Below are positions 30,486-45,326 of a stretch of DNA of 64,000 bases, piece by piece. Every line of letters begins with the position of its first letter. The first letter of the stretch is position 1. The DNA is from the human T2T-CHM13v2.0 reference genome, Homo sapiens, in the NCBI RefSeq assembly GCF_009914755.1, contig NC_060936.1; one strand, given 5' to 3'. A program made the translations under genes and the position numbers. The notes under the pieces were generated by a model. The model was not told the DNA's origin and made no database searches. It was given only the letters and a program-made list of their open reading frames with translations.

Positions 30486-31013
30486 CTAAAATATAAAGTC
30501 ATTTTATGAGGCAGTTCAAGGTTCAGTTTTATCCCACATACAGTTATTTGGTGACTAGGAAGCTAATGTTCCCACCAGCAAAAGCTAATATTCCATGGTA
30601 AGAGTGATCAGCACTGTCTTAAATGACCCTTCTGTTGACGGGGTCAGTCTACAGCTTCTATGCTTCGAAGTGATGAACCTGATGACTAGGGAAGCACAAG
30701 ATGTGTCTTCTGCCTCAGGTACCAGGGATGGCGTGTGCAGTGATCAAGCCAGGTCACTTGTAAAAGGTCTTTGTGCCATCTGCAGCTTTCAGGATCCCTG
30801 ACTTGACTGAGTCAGATTTTTCTCTGAAGATTTACTGAGCTGCCCACATCATACAGAAAAGTGAGTACGTGCAATGCTAAACATAAACAGTTGTGGAATG
30901 CACTGTACATTGGTTTTTACATCAATAATTTTACTGATCAATTTATAAACCAAAAGCTTGGTTCCACGCAAAAATTCATGATCGACACGTGAAATGGTTT
31001 ATGACAAACACAC

Positions 31014-31091
31014 CTGTCTCTGGATAAGAAGAATTTCGAAAACCCGGGTCCTTTTGCAACTGAATCTCTTTCAAACTGAATATTGATACAC
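31014..31091 (-). CDS. CDK17: CDK17 exon 16
   Basis: 78 nt; (S)VSIFSLKEIQLQKDPGFRNSSYPET(G); donor gtgtgt. Confidence 0.96.
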
Positions 31092-31550
31092 CTAAAATGC
31101 ATAGACAAAAATTATTAGGTGAAGGTCTAACATTAAAACAAACACAACCCTACTATCAACAAATGTTTATAAAGCATATACTGATTCAATATGAAACCAT
31201 TTTACAAGGTGATAGCCCTGCTGAAATTTTTCCTTTTTGTCCCAGTGTGTTGAGGAGAAAACTAAATGAATGAAGCAATCCACCTTTAGAACCTTTCTTC
31301 TTCCAACTCTGTGTCAGAGCAGGCTGTGGGCAAGTGTTTCTCTGAGGAGAATATACACTGTCTGTTCCAGGACTTTCTGGGGTTGGGAGACCCAGTCAAA
31401 ATATATTATTATACTAGGTGTTAATTCTCTCTGTCCTTTCTCTGTCTCCTTACAATGACATGAAGGTACCAGGCCCTCAAGCTATCTTTGGAATTTTAGC
31501 GAAAAACAAGGAAAAGGTTTGTATAACCATAACTGCCTACCTCAAAGTAA

Positions 31551-31869
<319 letters not shown>

Positions 31870-32714
31870 GTGAAATACAAATATCTTTAAAAGAAAACTT
31901 GTAATTTATCTTTTTCATTTCCAATCTCTGTCAGAGAGGTATTCTTTCATTTAAATATATCCAGTAAAGTTGAAGTGAAAAGTATTAAGGATTTTTTATT
32001 CCAATTAGCTTTGTCACTGACTGCTACACAAGCTTTGATGAATCAATATTGTCTAATAAATGAGAATAGGAAATTAATGAAAGCTTTTGGCAGCTTAGTT
32101 CCCAAACATTCTTCTAATTCCCCACTCACCTTACTCTATTTTAAAGTAAAATACTGTGGTAATCTAAAAATAGAATGTTAAGAGTAAAATCAATGTTATT
32201 CAGGCATGGGAAATCTGCTATTACAGTGACTTTGACAATATGCTCACTGCTGTCATGGGGATAGTAAAGTCAGTGTGACCACAATAAAGGAAAATCATCT
32301 TTGTATCTTAAGAAAAAATGTATTTTCACAAGAAAACAATTTATGTTTCGGTTATGCTTCATTAGTTTTTGTTTGAAATTCACTTTTAACAACGCTAAAT
32401 CGAAGCTAGATTGGGCCTAGGGACAATGCCTGTCATCAGATGGCATGTTTCAACTAAAGTCCAATAAGATTAATGATCCTTGCCGAAGTACTATTGGTTT
32501 CCTACAGAGGAGTGACAATGTGCTCAGTGTTACAAGAAATAACTGAATCATAGGGAAATAAGACACACACCTCCCTTCAAGAAATTCTAATCTAACTATA
32601 GAGAAGACTAGAATCTTAGGCTTAAAAATCAATAGCCATCTCCCCAATCACCCCAGACCCTAACCTTGGACAAATAAAAATAAAGCAGGGAAAACACTTT
32701 AGGATTTCTCTTAC

Positions 32715-32805
32715 TTTCTGGTAAAGCATGTATTCTTGGTCCCAGACTTCGAAAGTACACATGTTTCATGGCCTCTTCAGCTGAAACCCTTTTCTTAGAT
32801 TCATA
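32715..32805 (-). CDS. CDK17: CDK17 exon 15
   Basis: 91 nt; YESKKRVSAEEAMKHVYFRSLGPRIHALPE(S). Confidence 0.97.
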
Positions 32806-33149
32806 CTGTGAAAAAGCAAAGAACTGCTTCATTAGCTTTTTCTCTAATTACTGCAAAAAGTAGGAGATGGGCAAATTAGCATTTAGAGCTACTTAAAAAA
32901 AATCTTGATTATTTAATATGATGACTATTTTTCAATCAACAATTTGGAATACTCCAGTTATACTCTAATTTGAGTCGCTGCTGAGATTGTGTAATAACAT
33001 CTCAGTTCCACATTTCTAAGATAAGGCTGGATCTTAAACAAGAATTTACATTGCTTGTATTTTCTGAAGCAAAGAAAAATTAAAATATTTGACCTGTGTA
33101 GTTACTTCTCTTCATGAACACCAAAGGACTGGTGGACATATACCCAGTA

Positions 33150-33620
33150 TTTTTATGGCAGTCATTCTTAACGACCTATCCAATACTCATTTCCCTTTTT
33201 TTTTTGATGATACAACCTAGGTTTGTTCAAGGTGTCCATCAACTCTGATAGATGAATCATGAATCATAACTGTTTTAAATTTTGGCTAATTATGACAATT
33301 CTGCTCCCCAATTCCCAGTCTTTCCTACAATTAATGTTCTGGCCAATAAGACTTGGAAAGAAACCTTGTAGGGGTTTCTGTAAAGCTTTTGCTTCCAAGT
33401 TTCAAGAGGACTAATGTGGCTGGTACTACCCTTATCGTCCCCCCTTATTCCTGCTTTGGAGGGAAATATGAATGGCATTTGGAGGCAGAGCATCCTCCAA
33501 AGGCTGTACGTATAAGGAAAAGAGAACATAAGAGAGCATAGAGAGCATCAATTGCAGAGAATGTGGCCTTGACACAGCTGATCAATGCCAGTAACCAACT
33601 ACCTCAGACTGTTGTAGGTG
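33150..33620. mobile_element. Old ERVL/MaLR-type LTR remnant
   Basis: ttctggccaataagac...ggggtttctgtaaagcttttgcttcc resembles LTR16/LTR33-class elements; family uncertain. Confidence 0.45.
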
Positions 33621-33808
33621 ACAAGAGACCCAGACACATTAGGAGAAACCATGTTTTTTTTTTTTTTTTTAACTTAAACATGTGCCTTAAGCATAGATAA
33701 TTTTATTTGTCATTAACAATACCGAGGAAGTACTACTGAGCCCATTCTACACATGAAGAAGCTGAGGCTTAACAACCTATTTAACAATTACTGTAAGAAC
33801 TGACTTAC

Positions 33809-33851
33809 CTGAAGAAATTTTGTTATCAACTCAATTCCTTCAGAGTCTAAC
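33809..33851 (-). CDS. CDK17: CDK17 exon 14
   Basis: 43 nt; (R)LDSEGIELITKFLQ. Confidence 0.96.
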
Positions 33852-34351
33852 CTAGAAACAACAAAGAACAAGTAAAAATTTATGCTCTCTTAGCTGATAA
33901 AACTTTTCAGATAAAACTATTTTCTAAGTGTTTTAATCTGCTAAATTTAAATGCCCTAAAATAGTCACTCTTGTTGTCTTCAAATAGACACAAATCTGTT
34001 TTAGTCTTAAAAGACTGGCCTTGCTATTTGTTTAAGGATAAGCCATAAATAACTTGGCTTCAATTTGAATTTTCAATATCCAAGAACAAATTAAAGAATT
34101 TTAAAAATCACCATGCTGTCTCAAAACAAAGAAACTTCAATATTAAGAAAGCTTACATATTGTATCACTTTTCGCAGTCTTTCACTAAACGCAAGTATAT
34201 AAGAGCATCATTTTCCTATTATATAGGTGAAAACAGAGACAAGTGACCCCAAAATGTATCACTGTTGTTCAAGACAAACACAGAAATGAGCTATTCAGCA
34301 AATTTTTAGAGTTGTCTGCTTAGCACCGGGTACTAGAAGGTATTGAGTTCA

Positions 34352-35070
<719 letters not shown>

Positions 35071-36248
35071 TGGGATTATCTTAATGGAATAATCTCTTGA
35101 TCAGAAATAACAGGTTCTATCTTACACTGCCTTTCACTGGTAGAAGTACAATTATGAATAAGGTAACGTTTTTTTCCAAGTGCTCTCAAGTGGGTCCTGT
35201 GGATGCTGCAGTCTAGACATTCTATGTAGTTTGCCATTCTAGCACATATCCAGAGTTCCCTGGGCACAAACTAGGCACTAAGTCATGGAGACTCTGCTTC
35301 AAAGAAAAGCTTCAACCTTCTACACTGAACATTACCAAAAAATAATTAAAGGACAAAAATAGAATTTATGCTACTTGGGAGAGACATGCAAAAAAAGCCC
35401 AGCAAGTATTATTATTCTTCCTAAGAAAATCTAGTTAGAATGGTATTAGTTGCTATAGTAACAATAAGAGTACCAACTCACATAAATACTTTAAAAATAT
35501 TTTTGGTGTCATAACTGTTTTGCTCTTCCTTCCTTAGCTTGAAAATAAAAGGAAGCATAACAAGTGTGTTATGTTGTGAGCAATGTGAATGGCTTTGGGT
35601 TAAAATAAATGATGTCCTTATTTGGTATCTTGGTGACTTTCAAAATTTGGGGGGGTTGGGGGCAGGGAGATGGAAAATGCAGTCAAAGGGGTTATTCTAT
35701 GTTATCTCCTGAAAATGTAATACATTCTACAAGTAAAAATGTTCTGACTCAAATTTTATTGGGAGCCTTGGATTGATCTTGGGGTAGGTCTAAGAAGAAA
35801 CTTAAATGAATGGCTGACATTTAGATGTTACATTTTGCTAAGGAATTGGACAGAGTTTATATTCTTCAAATATGAATTACATCATTAACACTGGTCAAAA
35901 TACTGATAGGTTACCTTGTGTTATAGAGTCAAGATTTTACTTACATAACCCTTTCTTAGGTTTTTGTTAAGTAAATACAGAATAATTCTGTAGAAAGCAA
36001 AACAGGAATTTCATCATAATCTCTGTGGTACGGAATAAGGCATTAATCAATGTCTTCTTTCTGGGAAAAGTAACTACATAAACTCTAGAATTCTAAAACA
36101 TATACAGTTCAAAATTAAATAAGATCCTAAAATACGTAAGGGTTATGTGTATTATGTATTTTTTCCTGAATCCTTACTGTGGCTAATCCTTCAAAAGATT
36201 GAAAAGAATCATGTGTTTTCCCCCCTTTCACATAAGAAAAAAAAATAC

Positions 36249-36354
36249 CTGGGTGCGTGGTTAATTAGAGGCTGTGGTTTATATTTTGGAAAGTTGTAGT
36301 TCTTGAACTCCTCATTTGAAGAAATACCTGGCCAAGTTTCCTGAGATGGAGTTC
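36249..36354 (-). CDS. CDK17: CDK17 exon 13
   Basis: 106 nt; (G)[34 protein letters not shown](R). Confidence 0.97.
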
Positions 36355-36869
36355 CTGAATTAAAAAAAAAAATTAAATATATTTATAAATATATATAAAA
36401 TTTATATATAAAAATTATATACACATATATATAACAAAGTGTCTTAGAGAATAATTTACATTTACCAGATGACTTAACTATTTCAACTGCAATTGAAATG
36501 ACAGAAATAAACGTACATGGACTTTTTGTTTGGACTTTGCAATGATACTGTAAAAAGGATGCCTGGTCCTTTTTCTATCCAGTTGATACCAAAAAAGTTA
36601 GCAATATTCCTTAATAATATGGTGACATCCAATTTTCCATACTAATTATGTTCTGTTTTTCCATAAAATCTTTATTGCAAAGATAAAACTTAGCAGATGA
36701 AGTTACCTAGAAGGATCTATCTTCATAGTGTCCATTCTAATTATTCTAACTAACAGCTGTTTATGTTAGTCTCAGTATCTAATTTTAAAATATGTATTTT
36801 AGAGATACAGTCTTATCCAGCTAGTCAATTATGGGTGCAAAATCACTGGGAAAAGATTTCTTCTGTTAC

Positions 36870-36967
36870 CTAGCAGTCGGAAAATTAAGTGCAGTTCATC
36901 TTCCACGGTTGATCCTGGAAATAAAGGTCTTCCAGAAGCCATTTCAAAGAAAATGCAACCAACACCC
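36870..36967 (-). CDS. CDK17: CDK17 exon 12
   Basis: 98 nt; (W)[32 protein letters not shown](G). Confidence 0.97.
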
Positions 36968-37664
36968 CTTTAAAATAGATCATGAAAATAATTTAGCAAT
37001 TCATTTACATATTATGAAGCACAAGAATCTTTTCCTTAAGGTTGCCTCTCTGCAGAATTTTGCACTAGCCTGTCGGAAAACCTCTTGAAGGGATATTTTA
37101 GATCTAACTAATTTGTTCGCATTTACCCTATTTGTCTCAATTTCTATATTGCTATATCCATTTTTCCCACTTAAAATGTCCAACTCTCCTTTGCATAATC
37201 CTTGAAGAATAACACTAACAACAGCTAACAGTGACTGAAGATTTACTATGTGTTAGAAATGTTTTTTAAGTGCACCAATTATCTCACTGAATCCTTGTAT
37301 TAGCAATAGTGTAGACCATGGATTGAACAGCAAAGACAGGAGTGGGGAAAAACAACTGAAGAGATATTATGGTAATCTAGGAGATGACAGTGAGTGAAGC
37401 TAGGCAGGAGAAATGGAGAGAAACAAATGATTCAAGACGTTTTGATGCAGGAAGCAGAGGTAGAACATGTTGGTACAAGGCGGTGTGTGTAAGTGAAGGA
37501 AAAGAAAAGGATGGTGGTTCAGAGAATAGAATGGTGGTTCTTAGAACAGTCATCTAGGAACTGTATGTACACACACAGTTTAAGACATAATCCTTCCATT
37601 AAAGGGCTCGTAATCTAGCAACTATATATAAAAGTTAATTTTACATATTAAGTGTTATATAGAA

Positions 37665-38430
37665 AGTAAAATGATATAGTTGCTATGGAAAATAGTATGG
37701 TGGTTCCTCAAAAAATTAAAAGTAGAATTACTATATGATCCAGCAATTCTACTCCTAGGTATATATCTAAAAGAACTGAAATCAGGCCAATGCAGGAGGA
37801 CTGCTTGAGCCCAGGAGTCTAAGACCAGCCTGGACAACATGGTGAGACAATGTCTCTTAAAAAGAAAAAGAGAAGGAGAGAGAGATAATTGAAAGCAGGG
37901 TCCTGAAAAGGTATTTGTATACCCATGTGCACAACAGCATTATTTACAATAGTCAAAAGGTGGAAGCAAACCAAATGTCCATCAATGGATAAATGGGTAA
38001 CAGAATGTGGAATATATATTTAATGGAGTATTTTTAGCCTTAAAAAGGAAGGAAATTCTGGCATACACTACAACGTGAATGAACCTTAAAGACATTATGC
38101 CAAATGAAGTAAGCCAGTCATGAAAAGACACACACTGCATGATTCTACTCATAAGTGGTACTTAGAACAGTCAAATTTATGGAGACAGAAAGTATTATAG
38201 AACAGTGGTTACCAGAAACTGATGGTGGGGGAGGGGAATAGGAAGAAATTGTTAAGTGGGTACAGAGTTTTGGTTTTGCAAGATGAAAAAGATTCTGGAG
38301 GTAGATAGATAGTGGTGATGGTTGCATAACAATATAAATGTACTTAATGTCTCACAACTGTACACTTAAATTGGTTAAAATGATAAATTTTATGAGTATT
38401 TTACAATATTAAAAATTAATTTTAAAAAGT
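37665..38430 (+). mobile_element. L1M 3' fragment with nested partial Alu monomer (about 37784-37870)
   Basis: tatgatccagcaattctactcctaggtatatatc...aaatgtccatcaatggataaatgg...gaaccttaaagacattatgc. Confidence 0.88.
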
Positions 38431-39039
38431 TATACGAGACATTTTACATAAACTGTTCAAGACAGCAACAGAAATCGGTATATGACTTATTACCACATGA
38501 AGAACATAGAAAATAAATGCAACCACAGTTCAGAGGAAGGAACTGCCAACAGAGGCTAGAGTATATTCAGGAAAGGATTTATGAAAAGCTGTATTTTGAA
38601 CGTTACTAGGAATGAGCCCAAGTTAGAGCACCGGAGTGGGCATTCCAGATGGGTGGACTGGTATGAACACCAAGAGCAAAGGTAGGAAAGTCCACATTAT
38701 TCCTGAGATATAGTGAGTATGCCATTTTGCTAAAAGGGAACATTTGTGTTGAGAAACAGTCTGAAATAAGTTGGAAAAGGTAGTTTAGAGACATCTTATG
38801 GAAATCCTTAAGTATCAGATTGAGGAATTAATTGTACCTTATTCTATAGGTAATGAAGGGGGTGGCAATAACGGTGTCTGAGTAGAAGAGTGTCAGGATC
38901 GAAGCGGTGTGTGAGAAAGATGACTACAATATTTTGATTATTACTTTTAGTTCAAGTTAAAGCAGAAAGATTTTGGTGAATATTAAATGATGATAAAATG
39001 ATAATTTTGTTTTAAATTACTATGTATCAGATACTCTTG

Positions 39040-39250
39040 AGTGTCTCATAAAGCACTCTTCTGAGTGTTCATTTAATCTTAACATCACCTACAACACTTC
39101 AAAGTAGTTATTGTTACTATTCCCATTTCCTTAAATGAGGAAACTGAGGCAAAGGCCAGTAATTTGAATAAAGTTAACACATAGTTCTAAATGGCAGAAT
39201 TGGTATTTAAACCTAGGTAATCTAATTCCCATGCCAGAACTCATTAATCA
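39040..39250 (-). mobile_element. MIR
   Basis: attcccattt...atgaggaaactgaggc core. Confidence 0.7.
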
Positions 39251-39372
39251 CTGTTACATTATGGCTCTTTAAAATAATATCTCCTTAAAAGTATATACTT
39301 ATCAATACATCTTGCATTAACAGTTACATTCTTTCAAAATTATAAATGTCAGTGACATCTGTATATATTTAC

Positions 39373-39493
39373 CACATGTCAATCTGTGTTGAGTACTCCG
39401 AGGAACCAAGAAGCACATCAGGTGGCCGGTACCATAGTGTGACAACTTCATTTGAGTAGGTCTTTGTGGGAACTGACTTGGCTCGGGCTAGTC
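39373..39493 (-). CDS. CDK17: CDK17 exon 11 (activation segment)
   Basis: 121 nt; (G)[39 protein letters not shown](W). Confidence 0.97.
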
Positions 39494-40133
39494 CTTCATA
39501 GGGAAAATAAAACAAAGGGTTAAGAAAAAGCTTTAATGGATCTCTCAGACCCTATTCTCACCATGACTCCATTCAAAGGGATGCCTGAAATGGTTAATTC
39601 GTAGCTTCTTGAGGCTTCACCACTATTAACTTTATGAATTCGTTGAGTGCATGTGGCCCTAAGTAAGCAAATCCTTACATAGTTGAACTAAACAAGAATT
39701 CCACAACCAGAGACTGTGCTTACTTTTATGTTTGAATACACCTGGTGAAGTATTCTGGGTGAATCTAAACTTAAGATGTTTTCCTTCTGTCCATGAATCA
39801 TGATGACAAAATTATTTCTCAGCTGCAATTAAATTAATCCATAATAGGCCAATGACATTGAGATACACAATTTTACTTCTAACGGCTATGAGCTTTTGTC
39901 ACCTTTTAACCTGATTCCAACTTTCATTTGCTATACCATTTTTTATCAAAAACTGTAAAGTTATTGGTCCATAATCTCATTGAGATTTACTGACAAATCG
40001 ACTTAGAGACAATTTCCTTGGAATAAAATTACAGTGCTGTTCTGTACTCCCTTTTTAGGTTGTAAGTTACATGGATCATTCTGGAGTAAGACAGACTTCA
40101 TTGTCCTTGGATATTATTAATTGCTGTTTACGT

Positions 40134-40353
40134 CAGGGGTGTCCAATCTTTTAGCTTCCCTGGGCTACAATGGAAGAACTGTCTTAAGCCACACATAAAA
40201 TACACTAACACTAACAACAGCCATGACCTTTAAAAAAAAAAATCGCAAAAAAATCTCATAATGTTTTAAGAAAGTTTACGAATTTGTGTTGGGCTGCATT
40301 CAAAGCCATCCTGGGCCATATATGGCCCATGGGCCATGGGTTGGACAAGCTTG
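40134..40353 (+). mobile_element. MER30 hAT-Charlie MITE, full length
   Basis: caggggtgtccaatcttttagcttccctggg...gggttggacaagcttg with terminal inverted repeats. Confidence 0.9.
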
Positions 40354-41494
40354 CTGTAAGTGATATAAAACATTTGCCATTCCTTTGCTAATTTAATATG
40401 GAATCTATTGATAATCCAGAAATAAAGGCTAGAGTTTACAACTTTATCTCTTGAGTCACTAGTGTGAGAGAGTCGCTATTACCTCGAAGCCTCTAAATTA
40501 TGATCTGAAGAAGCAACTTTAAAAAATATCTGGAAAATTACAAATTTATTTTGCCAAAACAAGGAAGAATTTATTTTTTAGGCTGAGATTGCTGTTATAT
40601 ATAACTTGGTATATCTGATTAAAATATTAAAGAAAAATGTCACAAAAGAAAAAATCAATTTTACTGAATAAGGTTACAGAAACAATGTCAGAAATTTAAT
40701 TAGGCAGGACTCATATACTATTTCAGTTCAGTATAATGGTGAAAGGTTATAACTGGAACAATGTTGACATTCCTTCATTTAATTACAAGTTTTACTCTAG
40801 CATCTCAACTTGGTGAAGTAAGTCCAACAAATTATTTTCATACCAATTTTGGTAATTAATTAACAAGATGGAGGTAGCTTTCTGACCTCTCTTCTTGATA
40901 TTAAAAGTGGGTTATAGGAAGGCAAAGGACAGGGTTGCAAACGTGCTTATCCTGTAACATACCATATCAAGGCAAATTACCAGTTATAGTTTCCTCAGTA
41001 TCCTACTCTCCCACTCCTGAGAGGATTCCGAACTATGGTGTTTGTGTACATGGCCTTCTAGTTCACAATTAGAATTTCAATACTGGTTGGAATGAAATGA
41101 AACAATCTCTCCTAAACAAAATTAATTAAATGTGATATGGTATTATTATATAAGCCATTTTCTATCATTAGTGAAAATATCTGTCTATATCACTAGTTCC
41201 TAGACTTCTGATTTTCACTGATCGTGGGAAAAGGGTAGAATTTTCAGAGGGACAGAGAACAACTTATAGTATAAATACTCAAAGTTATATGACCCTCCTT
41301 CACAAGAAGTCATATTTACTATGCAACCAAAAAAAAAAAAAAAGGAAGAAATAGAGACAGAATTGAATATACTATCTCATGGAATAATCAGAATTTCTTG
41401 TTGCCTTGTGGGTAAAATTTGCCTGGCTTGCATTGTAGAGGTTGGAAGCAAAATTTAAAGCACTCAGAGTATTCCCTGATAAAAGTAGTTGTTG

Positions 41495-41794
41495 TTTTTT
41501 TCTTCCTCTTTTTGAGACAGGGTCTTGTTCTGTCAACCAGGCTAGAATGAAATGGCTTGATCATGACTCGCTGAAGCCTCAACCTCCCGGGCACAACTGA
41601 TCCTACCATCTCAGCCTCCCAACTGGCTGGGACTAGAGGTGCACACCGCCACACCTGGCTAATTTTGAAATTTTTTATAGAGGCAGGTTTTTGCCATATT
41701 GCCCAGACTGGTCTTGAACTCCTGAGCTCAAGCAATCTGCCTGCTGGGCCTTCCAAAGTGCTGGGATTACAGGTGTCAGCAACCGCACCCAGCC
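41495..41794 (-). mobile_element. AluJ
   Basis: Diverged reverse Alu. Confidence 0.92.
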
Positions 41795-41832
41795 AAAGGT
41801 AAATTTTTTATAGTCCTTGACATTCCTTTTGC

Positions 41833-42080
41833 TTTTTTTTTTTTTTTTTTTTGAGATGAAGTCTCGCTCTGTCATGCAGTGGCATGATCTTGGCTCACTG
41901 CAACCTCCGCCTCCCGGGTTCAAGCAATTCTCCTGCCTAAACTTCCCAAATAGCTGGGATTACAGGTGTCCGCCACAATGCCCAGCTAACTTTTCTATTT
42001 TGAGTAGAGACAGGGTTTCACCATGTTGGTCAGGCTGGTTTTGAACTCCTGACCTCATCTGATCCACCCGCCTTAGCATC
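41833..42080 (-). mobile_element. AluS, 5'-truncated
   Basis: Reverse Alu lacking the 5' end, small internal deletion. Confidence 0.92.
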
Positions 42081-42527
42081 CTGAAGTATTTCTCTTCACT
42101 GCCATTCATTTTGGGATTGGGAATAAAGAGCATTACATGCAGGTTAGCAAACAAAGAGAAGGAGAAGGAAAAAGAGTGAAAAGGAAATAGTGGCTGGGGG
42201 AAGGAAAGAGAAAGAAAAAAGAGAGAGAGAGTAACAATTATTATAAGGGAAATAACAACATAAACTATGCCCAAGAAGAGACTTTATGAAAGCATATGTA
42301 AATAGCATATAATTTGTTATTCAAACACAGGTAACCCACACATTTCCTTTTTAAGGAAGGAAATGCAAAAAGTAATTTACTCTTCAAATGGCAAAGTATT
42401 AAACGAGCAAAAGTATAGGAATTTCCAGAATAAACTCACCATTTAATGACAGTGAAGAGTAATACTTCAAACACTCATATTTATTAAATTTAATGAAATA
42501 CTCCAAACATAAAACTACCATAATCAA

Positions 42528-42825
42528 AGCCAGGTGTGATGGCTCACACCTGTAATCCCAGCATTTTGGGAGGCCAAGGCAGGCAGATTGCTTGAGGCCA
42601 GGAGTTCGAGACCAGCCTGAACAACATGGTGAAACCCCATCTCTACTAAAAATACAAAAATTAGCTGGGCGTGGTGGGCACCCCTGTAATTGCAGCTATT
42701 TGGGAGGCTGAGGCACCAGAATCGCTTGAACCCAGAAGGCGAAGGTTGTAGTGAGCTGAGATTGCACCACTAGACTTCAGCCAGGGTGACAGAGCAAGAC
42801 CCTGTCTCAAAACAAACAACCAAAA
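42528..42825 (+). mobile_element. AluS/J
   Basis: Dimeric Alu; aaaactaccataatca direct repeat. Confidence 0.94.
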
Positions 42826-43154
42826 AACTACCATAATCATTTATGAAAAAAAATTATGAATTTAGTTATGGAAAACTGCATGGGTTTTTAAAAACTAAGT
42901 TCTCTAAGAGTATTCAAACTCTCAGAATGCGGAATACAAAAAATTCAAAGCTGCTCTACAAAGTTCCTTCAATATGAAAAAGTTTACTTTCTAGAAGCAA
43001 AAAGAGCATTTAATTTTACTTTCAATTCCCTTAAAACCAGATTAGCTAAAAAAAAAATAGATAAATAGCTACAATTAAATTACTGAGCATATAATAAATA
43101 CAGAGTAATGGTGGCAGGTATATTAAGGGAACGCCTTTCAGTAGTTGCTTCTAA

Positions 43155-45005
<1,851 letters not shown>

Positions 45006-45155
45006 CTGTGCATTTTAGAATTTGCTGCTAATAACCAACATAAATCACCAACCAAAGTTCTGTCAAATATCTTATTCTGTGGGCTACCGAGAAAATTTCC
45101 AAACCCACATAAAAGCAATGGCACATTATGACAGTGGTTGATCTTTTAACCATTA

Positions 45156-45326
<171 letters not shown>

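Noticed and set aside
30595-30830. Plus-strand 68-aa ORF and GTGATGA...CTGA motifs in the last CDK17 intron
   Set aside because: Antisense to the host gene, no stem or homology; chance
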